64,000 bases of DNA from an uncultured Alphaproteobacteria bacterium (GTDB lineage: Bacteria; Pseudomonadota; Alphaproteobacteria; RF32; CAG-239). Each line of letters begins with the position of its first letter. Position 1 is the first letter of the stretch. Under the pieces are notes generated by a model, which was given only the letters and a program-made list of their open reading frames with translations, made no database searches and was not told where the DNA came from. A program made the translations under genes and the position numbers. Shown here in pieces: positions 9,228 to 16,885 of this stretch. The stretch spans positions 121,750-185,749 of the forward strand of contig CAJTJB010000003.1 in NCBI GenBank assembly GCA_910576955.1. Reading direction: 5' to 3'.

Positions 9228-9542
9228 ATGGAAAAGCTTATGAATAAAAACGAGATTGAAAGCATTATCCTGCAAACGGTAATGGCGCGCCCGTATCAAG
9301 AGGTTGAGGGGTGTCGCGTCTATCCGCTTGAAGCTGCTGGCGAAGAAGAGGTGATAAAAAAACTTAAAGGCACGAGAGAAGTCGAAACGCTCACAGAGCT
9401 TGAAACCGCCATCAACGCCCCCGATGTTGCGCAGGTTTATATCGGCAAATACGCCTCCATCACCTCGAAAGGGTTGAAAAACGTTCTTTCCCGCACTTCG
9501 CTCACCAAAGAGATTTTCTGCGCTTTCTCGGTAAAACTCTAA
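9228..9542 (+). CDS. Small acidic protein, third gene of the vWA/AAA+ operon
   Basis: 104-aa ORF whose ATG lies 2 nt after the stop of the ATPase gene. GGGGAG RBS sits inside the upstream gene's 3' end. No recognisable domain. Confidence 0.6.
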   Translation: MEKLMNKNEIESIILQTVMARPYQEVEGCRVYPLEAAGEEEVIKKLKGTREVETLTELETAINAPDVAQVYIGKYASITSKGLKNVLSRTSLTKEIFCAFSVKL

Positions 9543-9563
9543 TTTCCCCCACAAAACCCTAAA

Positions 9564-9613
9564 CCTCCCCCCCTTCCCTGGAGGAAGGGGTAAGGGGGAT
9601 GGGGACAACAAAC
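9564..9613. repeat. Family B repeat (CCTCCCC..TTCCCTGGAGGAAGGGGTAAGGGGGATGGGGACAACAAAC)
   Basis: Near-identical copy at 9716-9762; related copy at 60776-60820. Confidence 0.9.
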
Positions 9614-9632
9614 CATCCATATCTCCCTCCTC

Positions 9633-9704
9633 TTTTTTTATCCCAACAAGTCGGGCGTCATCCCTCGAATCGTTGCAGGTGGCGCTGCCACTCAAGGGAT
9701 CTCC
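9633..9704. repeat. Family C repeat (..CCAACAAGTYGGGCGTCATCCCTCGAATCGTTGCAGGTGGCGCTGCCACTCAAGGGAWCTCC)
   Basis: Copies at 13346, 18745 and 49441; partial copies at 13648 and 16111. Contains the GTGGC-GCT-GCCAC hairpin. Confidence 0.9.
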
Positions 9705-9715
9705 CACCACAAACA

Positions 9716-9762
9716 CCTCCCCTTCCCTGGAGGAAGGGGTAAGGGGGATGGGGACAACAAAC
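9716..9762. repeat. Family B repeat, second copy flanking the family C unit
   Basis: Direct comparison with 9564-9613. Confidence 0.9.
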
Positions 9763-9772
9763 AATCTAATGC

Positions 9773-9815
9773 GTCATTGCGAGGCGCACCGTAAGGTAGC
9801 AGCCGTGGCAATCTC
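9773..9815 (+). repeat. Family A repeat (GTCATTGCGAGG - variable stem-loop - CGTGGCAATCTC)
   Basis: gtcattgcgaggcgcaccgtaaggtagcagccgtggcaatctc; one of at least 20 copies in the window. Confidence 0.9.
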
Positions 9816-9909
9816 AACCATCAAGAGCATATCTTCTTTTTTTGTGAAAATTCTTGACAAAAAAATCCTAGTCTGCTAATATCCCGTACAGAACAAAAAT
9901 TTTTAAGAT

Positions 9910-10641
9910 ATGGATTATATAGATGCACGAGTGCTGCTCTCAAAAGAAAAGCCGCTCGCCCCGCAAGAAGCGGTAGACATTCTCAACAGCTGGCGTTCAG
10001 ATCCGGAAAACTATTACCTCTTGTTAAAAACGCAAGGGGCGTCTGTTCCGTTGCTGGGCTATAGGTATTGCTCGGAAGAAGACAGTAGATACGTTTTTGA
10101 AAAAACAAAAAAGCGTATTCTCTCTCCGGCGTTTGCGCTCAAGTTTTTCGAATTTCGCTCGGACAGTATGAGCACTATTTTTATGGAAACGCTGGATATG
10201 CTGACCTTTTCGGAAGATGACGAAGATTCCGATGTGGCGTTTTATGCCTGGCCGTATTATAATGCGGTAATCGTTTCTCATCTCACGCCCGTTGCAATCA
10301 TTCACCTGTTGCTCAACTGGAATTATGTTTTTGATTGCGAGGCTGACCAATTCGGAATGGTCTATAACACGTTCTATGAAACGCTGAAAGCCGCCGAGGA
10401 ATGCACTGATATTTTAGCTGTCAACAGCTTTAATCTGCACGGTTGGGGTGAAAACACCAATCATCCGATTGAAGATGTCGCCAAACATTATCACTTTGCA
10501 AATTATTCGGTCGCATTGGAAGACGGTTCGGAAGACATACATTTCCGCAAGACTCTCGTCCATTACCTCTATGCCTATTGGCAAAATATGGAAGACATCA
10601 TCACAGCGGTATTGCACGAACGCATTATGCGGAGTAATTAA
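9910..10641 (+). CDS. Hypothetical protein
   Basis: 243-aa ORF followed by a strong intrinsic terminator. No recognisable motif. Confidence 0.6.
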   Translation: MDYIDARVLLSKEKPLAPQEAVDILNSWRSDPENYYLLLKTQGASVPLLGYRYCSEEDSRYVFEKTKKRILSPAFALKFFEFRSDSMSTIFMETLDMLTFSEDDEDSDVAFYAWPYYNAVIVSHLTPVAIIHLLLNWNYVFDCEADQFGMVYNTFYETLKAAEECTDILAVNSFNLHGWGENTNHPIEDVAKHYHFANYSVALEDGSEDIHFRKTLVHYLYAYWQNMEDIITAVLHERIMRSN

Positions 10642-10647
10642 AAAAAA

Positions 10648-10672
10648 GTCGGGGTTTTCCCCGATTTTTTTT
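10648..10672 (+). terminator. Rho-independent terminator
   Basis: gtcgggg-tttt-ccccgat hairpin followed by a T8 run. Confidence 0.8.
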
Positions 10673-10745
10673 ATGCTGTCTTTTTTGGTTGACAACGAAC
10701 GCCTGAATGCTATGCTCCAAACATATGTTTATAAGGAGAACTAAA

Positions 10746-11621
10746 ATGCCCTCATTGGCGGATAACTTAAAAGTCAAAATCCAATATTTCCTGCCCAAAA
10801 AACTGCTCTCTCGCGCTGTCGGCAAGCTTGCCGCGGCAGAGCTCGGCAAAGGCACAAACTGGGTCATTGAAAATTTTATCAAATATTATAATGTTGATAT
10901 GAAAGACGCCGAAATCCAAAATGTTGAAGATTTTAAAACCTTTAACGCGTTTTTCACCCGCGCGCTGAAAAAGGGGACGCGTCCGGTTGTGGCAGAGGCA
11001 AACGCGCTTGCATCTCCTGTGGATGGCACGGTCAGTGAGCTGGGCGAGATTTATAAAGACGCTGTCTTGCAGGCCAAAGGGCATTATTACAGCCTTGAAG
11101 CGTTGCTCGGAGGCGACCAGAAAGACGCGAAAGAGTTTGAATCCGGCGAATTTGCCACCATTTACCTTGCGCCGAAAGATTATCACCGCGTGCATATGCC
11201 GTTTGCGGGTAAATTAGAGAAAATGGTGTTTGTTCCCGGCGATTTGTTTTCGGTTAATCCGCTGACCGCCAAAAATGTCGATAACCTGTTTGCGCGTAAC
11301 GAGCGTGTGATATGCTTTTTCAAAAACGATAAAATCGGTCGTTTTGCCGTTGTGATGGTCGGCGCAACGATTGTCGCCAGCATAGAAACCGTTTTCGCAG
11401 GGCTTGTTGCCCCGTCGGTTGGCAAAGAGAAAACAATTTACGATTATAGCAAAGATAACATCAGTTTCAAAAAAGGCGAAGAACTCGGGCGGTTTTTGCT
11501 GGGCAGCACGGTCGTCTGCGTGTTCCCGAAAGGCAAGGTGGCGTTTGATAAAAAATTAAAGAACGGCACGCCCGTTAAGATGGGTGCTAAAATCGGCGAT
11601 GTTAAAGGAAAGCAAGCATAA
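10746..11621 (+). CDS. psd: Phosphatidylserine decarboxylase proenzyme
   Basis: DYHRVHMP motif and the LGST self-cleavage site (FLLGSTVVCVF). I prefer ATG 10746, which has an AGGAG RBS, over the ORF-track start at 10707. Confidence 0.9.
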   Translation: MPSLADNLKVKIQYFLPKKLLSRAVGKLAAAELGKGTNWVIENFIKYYNVDMKDAEIQNVEDFKTFNAFFTRALKKGTRPVVAEANALASPVDGTVSELGEIYKDAVLQAKGHYYSLEALLGGDQKDAKEFESGEFATIYLAPKDYHRVHMPFAGKLEKMVFVPGDLFSVNPLTAKNVDNLFARNERVICFFKNDKIGRFAVVMVGATIVASIETVFAGLVAPSVGKEKTIYDYSKDNISFKKGEELGRFLLGSTVVCVFPKGKVAFDKKLKNGTPVKMGAKIGDVKGKQA

Positions 11622-12244
11622 TGCTGGCGTTTTCTTCCGATATATATATGATAAAAACTGCCGAGCTGAAACAGCTGCCGCACCACGAGGGGATAATGCC
11701 CGAAAACGGCGAAATCACGCTTTATCTGGATGCTGAAAACGGCGACAGCCTGATAAGCGGGGCAGGGAAGGTTGCCGCGGCAGAGGAAGAATATCTGCCG
11801 GTGCGTTTGGCGTATCAGTCATTTCCGAAGTTAAAAAGCTTTTTTATCAATCTTAATAAAAAGATTAAGCGCAGGCATTATATTGAATCTCCCAGTGTTT
11901 ATACCGTGCCGCTCCGGTGCTTGTATGATAACCACGTTTTGCGTGGTGAGCGCAATGCGCAAAATGCCTATGAATGGACCAACAAGCGTTGGCAAATGAG
12001 TGCGGAAGAAAAACATAAGCGCTGGAATGATTTGTATAATTCGCTCAAAACAAAGGGCTATAATCCCAAAGACCCGATTTTGTTGGTCTTAAACCGCTGC
12101 TTGGGCGTTAAAGACCAGATTTTTCAAGGGCATCACCGTCTGGGGATTTGCAAGGAATTAGGCATAAAAGAAGTGAGCGTGTCATTTTGGGCGGGGCACC
12201 GCTCGTTTGATGTTTTTAAGCTGTTTGTGAGGAGAAAAAAATAA
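11621..12244 (+). CDS. ParB/sulfiredoxin-like N-terminal (ParBc) domain protein
   Basis: C-terminal DPILLVLNRCLGVKDQIFQGHHRLGICKELGIKEVSV matches the GHHR ParB-like nuclease-domain signature. TAATG overlap with the psd stop and ATAATG overlap into the next gene. The true start is uncertain because several in-frame ATGs exist. Confidence 0.6.
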   Translation: MLAFSSDIYMIKTAELKQLPHHEGIMPENGEITLYLDAENGDSLISGAGKVAAAEEEYLPVRLAYQSFPKLKSFFINLNKKIKRRHYIESPSVYTVPLRCLYDNHVLRGERNAQNAYEWTNKRWQMSAEEKHKRWNDLYNSLKTKGYNPKDPILLVLNRCLGVKDQIFQGHHRLGICKELGIKEVSVSFWAGHRSFDVFKLFVRRKK

Positions 12245-13251
12245 TGTCCGCCCCAAAAGTTTCGGTTGTTTTGCCTGTTTATAACGTCGCCGCCTACCTG
12301 CCCAAATGTCTGGATAGCCTGCTTAATCAGACCTTGCAAGAGATAGAAATAGTCTGCGTGAATGACTGCTCGCCGGATAATTCTTTGCAGATTTTGCAGC
12401 AATACGCCGCGAAAGACAGCCGCGTTAAAATCATAAACCAAGCAAACACCGGTCCCGGTATAGCACGCAATAACGGCATTAAAGCCGCCACCGGCGAGTA
12501 TGTCGGCTTTGTTGACCCCGACGATTGGGCAGACAAGGAAATGTATGAAAAAATGTATGCTGCCGCCGTTAAGCACAATGCCGATATTGTTGAATGCGGT
12601 GTGAGAACGCATAACGAAAAAAACGGTAAAACCAAAGAAAAAAAAGGCTTTGCCGCCATCGCCGACAATAAAGCAATTTCTGCGGCGGAATATCCCGAAT
12701 ATGTGTTTGACGGCATCACCTCGGGGTGGAACAAACTCTGCCGCCGTGCATTTTTGTTGGCAAACGATATTTATTATTCAGACGGGCGCGCCGCCGAAGA
12801 CCATTATTTCACTGTTGCGGCAAGATTGAAAGCTCAAACCGCCGTCTGCCTGCCGGAGCCGCTGTATAATTACCTTGTGCGCGCCTCGTCGCTCACCCAA
12901 TCCCCCTCAAAGGCAAACCTCAAAGTGCCGCTCTTTTTAGCAGAAATCGCCGAGCTGATAGGAAAATGGGAGGGGAGAGAACAGAACAGTAATCCGCTGC
13001 CGAGTCTTTTTGCCTGCGATGCAGCAGGGCTGGCGGCTATTCACTATCGCCGTGTGCCGGAGGAAAATCGCACCGAATATTTGGAGCTCTGCGCTCAAAA
13101 CCTCCCAGACGAAGCAAATCAACTTTTTACGGATTTTATCAAACCCTACACTTTAAAAGACAAAATTTTCTCCCTCCGCCACACGGTTAAAGGTATCCAA
13201 AAATACAAAGTATACAGCATATTAGGTTTAAAACTTCGCGTAAAAGCATAG
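12244..13251 (+). CDS. Family 2 glycosyltransferase
   Basis: VSVVLPVYNVAAYLPKCLDSLLNQT..CVNDCSPD..FVDPDDW; classic GT2 N-terminal fold and DxD motif. Confidence 0.88.
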   Translation: MSAPKVSVVLPVYNVAAYLPKCLDSLLNQTLQEIEIVCVNDCSPDNSLQILQQYAAKDSRVKIINQANTGPGIARNNGIKAATGEYVGFVDPDDWADKEMYEKMYAAAVKHNADIVECGVRTHNEKNGKTKEKKGFAAIADNKAISAAEYPEYVFDGITSGWNKLCRRAFLLANDIYYSDGRAAEDHYFTVAARLKAQTAVCLPEPLYNYLVRASSLTQSPSKANLKVPLFLAEIAELIGKWEGREQNSNPLPSLFACDAAGLAAIHYRRVPEENRTEYLELCAQNLPDEANQLFTDFIKPYTLKDKIFSLRHTVKGIQKYKVYSILGLKLRVKA

Positions 13252-13345
13252 GAAAAACAAACATTCTTTCTCCTCTATTTAAACGTCATTCCTCGGCTTG
13301 CGATGCAAGCCGTCAAGGAATCTCCCCGCGGTTTTCCCCTCCCTC

Positions 13346-13415
13346 TTTTTATTCCAACAAGTTGGGCGTCATCCCTCGAATCGTTGCAGGTGGCGCTGCC
13401 ACTCAAGGGAACTCC
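13346..13415. repeat. Family C repeat
   Basis: Same sequence as 9633-9704. Confidence 0.9.
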
Positions 13416-13427
13416 TATATTCTATAA

Positions 13428-13512
13428 GATTGCCGCGCTCATTACATTCGCTCGCAATGACTACTTAACTTTTTTTATAGTCATTACGAGGCGCTCCGTC
13501 GCCGTGGCAATC
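13428..13512. repeat. ~85-bp inverted-repeat (MITE-like) element built from two opposed family A units
   Basis: gattgccgcgctcattacattcgctcgcaatgac - tacttaacttttttta - tagtcattacgaggcgctccgtcgccgtggcaatc. Further copies at 13697-13783 and 16000-16087. Confidence 0.85.
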
Positions 13513-13526
13513 TCCCATTTAAATAG

Positions 13527-13609
13527 TCATTGCGAAGCGCCCCGTCGCCGTGGCAATCTCACGTTTAAATAGTCATTGCGAGGAGGACACCGTCCGACGT
13601 GGCAATCTC
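13527..13609 (+). repeat. Two further tandem family A units (~46-bp period)
   Basis: gtcattgcgaagcgccccgtcgccgtggcaatctc and gtcattgcgaggaggacaccgtccgacgtggcaatctc, each preceded by tttaaata. Confidence 0.9.
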
Positions 13610-13647
13610 GTTCGGCAAGAGTATCCTTTCCACCCGCCGCAGCTAAA

Positions 13648-13684
13648 ATCGTTGCAGGTGGCGCTGCCACTCAAGGGATCTCCT
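13648..13684. repeat. Family C repeat, 3' partial copy
   Basis: aatcgttgcaggtggcgctgccactcaagggatctcc. Confidence 0.85.
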
Positions 13685-13696
13685 ATACTTTCTAAA

Positions 13697-13783
13697 GATT
13701 GCCGCGCTCATTACATTCGCTCGCAATGACTACTTAACTTTTTTTTTATAGTCATTGCGAGGCGCTCCGTCGCCGTGGCAATC
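13697..13783. repeat. Inverted-repeat (MITE-like) element, copy 2
   Basis: Nearly identical to 13428-13512, including the upstream tcctatactttctaaa leader. Confidence 0.85.
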
Positions 13784-13806
13784 TTTGGAGAGTATGGATA
13801 AATAAT

Positions 13807-13908
13807 CCTCCCCATCCCCTATCCCCTTCCTCCAAGGGAAGGGGAAAACCCCGCAGCAAACCTCCTCCCCCTTTGGCGGGGGAGGTAAGGGAGAGGGGGA
13901 AAATAAAG
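13807..13908. repeat. Composite family B repeat, uninterrupted form
   Basis: cctccccatcccctatccccttcctccaagggaagggg...cctcctccccctttggcgggggaggtaagggagaggggga. The same composite occurs at 18836-19063, where it is split by a ~123-bp insertion. Confidence 0.85.
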
Positions 13909-13926
13909 AATCAAATATTATCCGGA

Positions 13927-14883
13927 TTAGCTTACTGCCACCTTAAGCTTCAATCCCAGAAAATAAATATACCAATGTTTCCGGTCGGCGGCTTTTTCAA
14001 CCCAGAGCAAACGCTTATAAAACGGCACTTTCGGCTTGCGCTCGCTGGCTTTTTTAACGCCAATTTTCTGCTGCAGGTCAGCATATTCCGGCACCATTGC
14101 CGCATAGCGCAAAAATTCCGCCGTGAATTTATTGCCGCAGTCAGGGCTGTTCGGCTTAACGCCCGTAAAATGCACAATCACCGGATTTTCCGCCGCATTT
14201 TCATATTCTTTCAAATAAGCATCATCGTAGTCCGGTGTATTCTTGCGCCACCAAACGTGCATATAGTCATATTTCGGCGAAAGGCGCAATTTGCGTTCGT
14301 CACACGCTTTGTTGAGGGCATCTTGGTCATTGCCGATACTGAAATCTTCCAACACCATCTCTTTAAGCGTGTGGAAAAAGTCCACCTGTCGCCAAAGGGA
14401 AAGATTGATATACATAACGCCCGAGTTAAAATAAAATCCGTCTTTTAAGCTGATGCGCGCTGCGTTTTTATGAGATTTGGATACATCTTCAATAACACCG
14501 GCGAAATGTACGCCCAAATCAATCGCAAACAACTCGGAAAGGGATGCGCGTACAATCGTGTCACAGTCGAGATAAAGCACTTTAGCGTGATTAGGCAGTA
14601 AATCCGCTAATAAACAGCGAAACCATGCTTCCGCCGTCACCCAGTTTGCATTCGGAAAACCTTCAAATACGGCGCAGTCAACCTTAATCGGCGTCAGTTG
14701 ATAGTTTTTAATTCCCCGAAGCTTTTCAAAGGCTTGCAGATGCTCGTCATCAAGCCCGCTATGCAAAATCACAAACTCAATGTCATCATCTTCCGCCGCA
14801 TTTTTAAGCACCGACGCCATCGAGGCCAACGTTAGCGGCACAAAGTTCAAATCCGGCGCATAGGCAATCGTAATTTTTGTCAT
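13927..14883 (-). CDS. Family 8 glycosyltransferase (LPS/LOS glycosyltransferase-like)
   Basis: ITIAYAPDLNFVP..VLYLDCDTIV (DxD)..YFNSGVMYINL; typical GT8 motifs. Confidence 0.85.
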   Translation of the reverse strand: MTKITIAYAPDLNFVPLTLASMASVLKNAAEDDDIEFVILHSGLDDEHLQAFEKLRGIKNYQLTPIKVDCAVFEGFPNANWVTAEAWFRCLLADLLPNHAKVLYLDCDTIVRASLSELFAIDLGVHFAGVIEDVSKSHKNAARISLKDGFYFNSGVMYINLSLWRQVDFFHTLKEMVLEDFSIGNDQDALNKACDERKLRLSPKYDYMHVWWRKNTPDYDDAYLKEYENAAENPVIVHFTGVKPNSPDCGNKFTAEFLRYAAMVPEYADLQQKIGVKKASERKPKVPFYKRLLWVEKAADRKHWYIYFLGLKLKVAVS

Positions 14884-15828
14884 CTAATTCTCTTTCAGTT
14901 TTTCAAGCAGAGCAGGGTAGTGCGCTATCACATCGGCCATTTGTTTGTCATTGCCGCCGCCCGCGATGTTGAGTTTCGTGAGTGTCAGTTCTTCGGTCTG
15001 GCGCATTTCCCGCTCGGGGTTAACGAGCAAAACTTTACGGTAGCGCCCTTTGAAAGTTTTGATTTTCGTGCCGTTTAAGACACTCATTTCCCAAAACCAT
15101 ATATCGTCAGCATATGGGGCAAGCTGTCGCACCAGAGCCATATCGCTGACATCTTTATGCAGAGCGTGCGGCGGATAAAGTATCCCCCCGCAGCCGGTTA
15201 AAAAGTTGCGGTAAGAAGGAAAAATCTGCGTCGTATTCTTTTTCCATTGTTTATAGGGCAGGGGCTTGCCGTCTGCTTTAAGGCGGATATAGTGCAGCCG
15301 GTGGCCGATAACGCATTTCGGGTCTTTCATGTGCTCGGCATAAAGCTTTTCGAGCCAGTCGGCAGGGGAATAAACATCGTCATCAACAATCACAATCACA
15401 TCGTCAGGGTGTTCCTGAAGTGTCGGCAACAGTTTTTTATACGAGCGCAAATCTTCACACCATCTAATTGTTAAACCGCAGTTCAGCAGTCTGCGCAAAA
15501 TCTCGGGCAAATCATCAAGTCCGTTCGGATATTGGCTTTTCGCCAGCCATAAAATAACCTCATCGGGCTTCACCGTTTGGGTTAAGAGTGAATAGATTGT
15601 AAAGTGAATTTCCGGTGTCCGTTCCGGAAACGAGGTCAGCGATACGATAAGTTTCGGCGTGCGTTTTTCCGTTGTCAGTCCATAGCCTTTAAAAGCCTCA
15701 ACCTGCGGCAAAATCAGCGCCTTATCAATATGCGGCGGCATTTTCGGTTTTTTGGTATATGTAAATTTAAAGCCGAAAAGCGTTATCTCGCGAATATTGC
15801 CGTTTTTTGTTCGTTGAAAAAGTTTCAT
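14884..15828 (-). CDS. Putative glycosyltransferase (capsule/LOS-locus type)
   Basis: LIVSLTSFPERTPEIHFTIYSLLTQTVKPDEVILWL..DLRSYKKLLPTL..VIVDDDVYSPADWL. I associate this motif pattern with uncharacterised polysaccharide-locus glycosyltransferases. The stop abuts the start of the GT8 gene. Confidence 0.6.
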   Translation of the reverse strand: MKLFQRTKNGNIREITLFGFKFTYTKKPKMPPHIDKALILPQVEAFKGYGLTTEKRTPKLIVSLTSFPERTPEIHFTIYSLLTQTVKPDEVILWLAKSQYPNGLDDLPEILRRLLNCGLTIRWCEDLRSYKKLLPTLQEHPDDVIVIVDDDVYSPADWLEKLYAEHMKDPKCVIGHRLHYIRLKADGKPLPYKQWKKNTTQIFPSYRNFLTGCGGILYPPHALHKDVSDMALVRQLAPYADDIWFWEMSVLNGTKIKTFKGRYRKVLLVNPEREMRQTEELTLTKLNIAGGGNDKQMADVIAHYPALLEKLKEN

Positions 15829-15999
15829 AAAATAAGTCTTTCAAATACATCAACCTTTTTATAAAACCATATCCAAATCCGCCATATCAAACAACCGCAT
15901 TCGCTCTATTATCCACACTTTATTTACAGCCTTTAAACTCCTTTTTTCCTCCTCCTCCCGAGGGTGATGGGGAAAACATACCATCCTATACTTTCTAAA

Positions 16000-16087
16000 G
16001 ATTGCCACGCTCGTTTCATTCGCTCGCAATGACTACTTAACCTTTTTTATAGTCATTGCGAGGAGAACGCAGTCCGACGAAGCAATC
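16000..16087. repeat. Inverted-repeat (MITE-like) element, copy 3
   Basis: gattgccacgctcgtttcattcgctcgcaatgac - tacttaacctttttta - tagtcattgcgaggagaacgcagtccgacgaagcaatc. Confidence 0.85.
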
Positions 16088-16110
16088 TCATCCTACAAGC
16101 ACATACTCTC

Positions 16111-16150
16111 CACCCGCCGCAGCTCAAATTGTTGCAGGTGACGCCGCCAC
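16111..16150. repeat. Family C partial copy abutting a stop codon
   Basis: ccacccgccgcagctcaaattgttgcaggtgacgccgccacc; compare 13631-13670. It ends 1 nt before the stop of the 16151 gene. Confidence 0.8.
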
Positions 16151-16885
16151 CTAAAACTTCGTCCTTTTAATCTCCGCCCCATCCTGATAGGTAATCAGAG
16201 TCACAAGCTCGCCGTGTTTGTTAAACACTTTCGCCGTCCCGTTAAGCTTGTCGTTTTTGCGTTGTGCCAAAATGTGCGGCGTTTCGTCGTCATAATAGCT
16301 GTATGCCGCGCCCTCGCGCAAACCCTCGGCGTATTCGGTATAGTTAATCAGATGATTGTCTTTGGTATACATCCGCGCCGGACCGTGCTGCACGCCGTTC
16401 TTGAATGTAATGGACGTCTTAACCGCCCCGTTGGGGTAAAACTCTTCAAACACGCCGTTTTTGAGCCCGTTTTTGTAGCTCCCCTTGCGTAACAAATCGC
16501 CGTTGTCATAATAAGCGAGCTGCCCGCCGACGAGTTTGCCTTTGCGATAGTATGAAATTTGTTTTTCTTTGCCGTTGGCATAATATTCGGTTGTTTTGCC
16601 GTGCGGCTCGCCTTTTTTGTATTGCGCTTTCAGGGCAACGTTTCCTTTGTTGTCATATGCCGTATATTTGCCGGAAATAACACCGTCCACATAGTGCGCT
16701 TCTTCCATCAGGCGCATCGACGGGCTGTATTTTTGGTAAACGCCCGTAATCGGCAGCCCCTCGGCGTCCACGCGCAAGCCGTCTTGTTCAATTGAGTTTT
16801 TATCGTTATAAAGCGTTGCCAGCTGCCCGACCTGACAAGCCGAAACAGCCAATGCCGCCATTAAGCAAAACAAAATCTTTTTCAT
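16151..16885 (-). CDS. MORN-variant repeat (YwqK-like) lipoprotein
   Basis: Signal peptide with lipobox MKKILFCLMAALAVSAC, then repeated Y(Y)xNGxxxxxxxYKxGxxxG units. Start chosen at ATG 16885 rather than 16954. Confidence 0.75.
   Translation of the reverse strand: MKKILFCLMAALAVSACQVGQLATLYNDKNSIEQDGLRVDAEGLPITGVYQKYSPSMRLMEEAHYVDGVISGKYTAYDNKGNVALKAQYKKGEPHGKTTEYYANGKEKQISYYRKGKLVGGQLAYYDNGDLLRKGSYKNGLKNGVFEEFYPNGAVKTSITFKNGVQHGPARMYTKDNHLINYTEYAEGLREGAAYSYYDDETPHILAQRKNDKLNGTAKVFNKHGELVTLITYQDGAEIKRTKF

Noticed and set aside
13303-13572. ORFs composed of repeat sequence (13303-13572, 18470-18835, 18763-18987, 18930-19241, 35376-35744, 35626-36035, 49346-49764, 60539-60829, 23026-23215 and others)
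   Set aside because: Their reading frames run through family A/B/C/D repeats, giving recurring peptides such as SLESLQVALPLKG, SLRG..RRGNL and PSPLKGEG. The same peptides appear at unrelated loci in different frames and orientations, so they are non-coding repeats.
13480-13609. Possible CRISPR array (tandem family A units here and at 23064-23196)
   Set aside because: There are only three units. The variable segments are 8-20 nt and are internally palindromic parts of the repeat hairpin rather than 30-40-nt unique spacers. The same unit occurs singly at more than 15 other sites and in inverted pairs, and there are no cas genes in the window.
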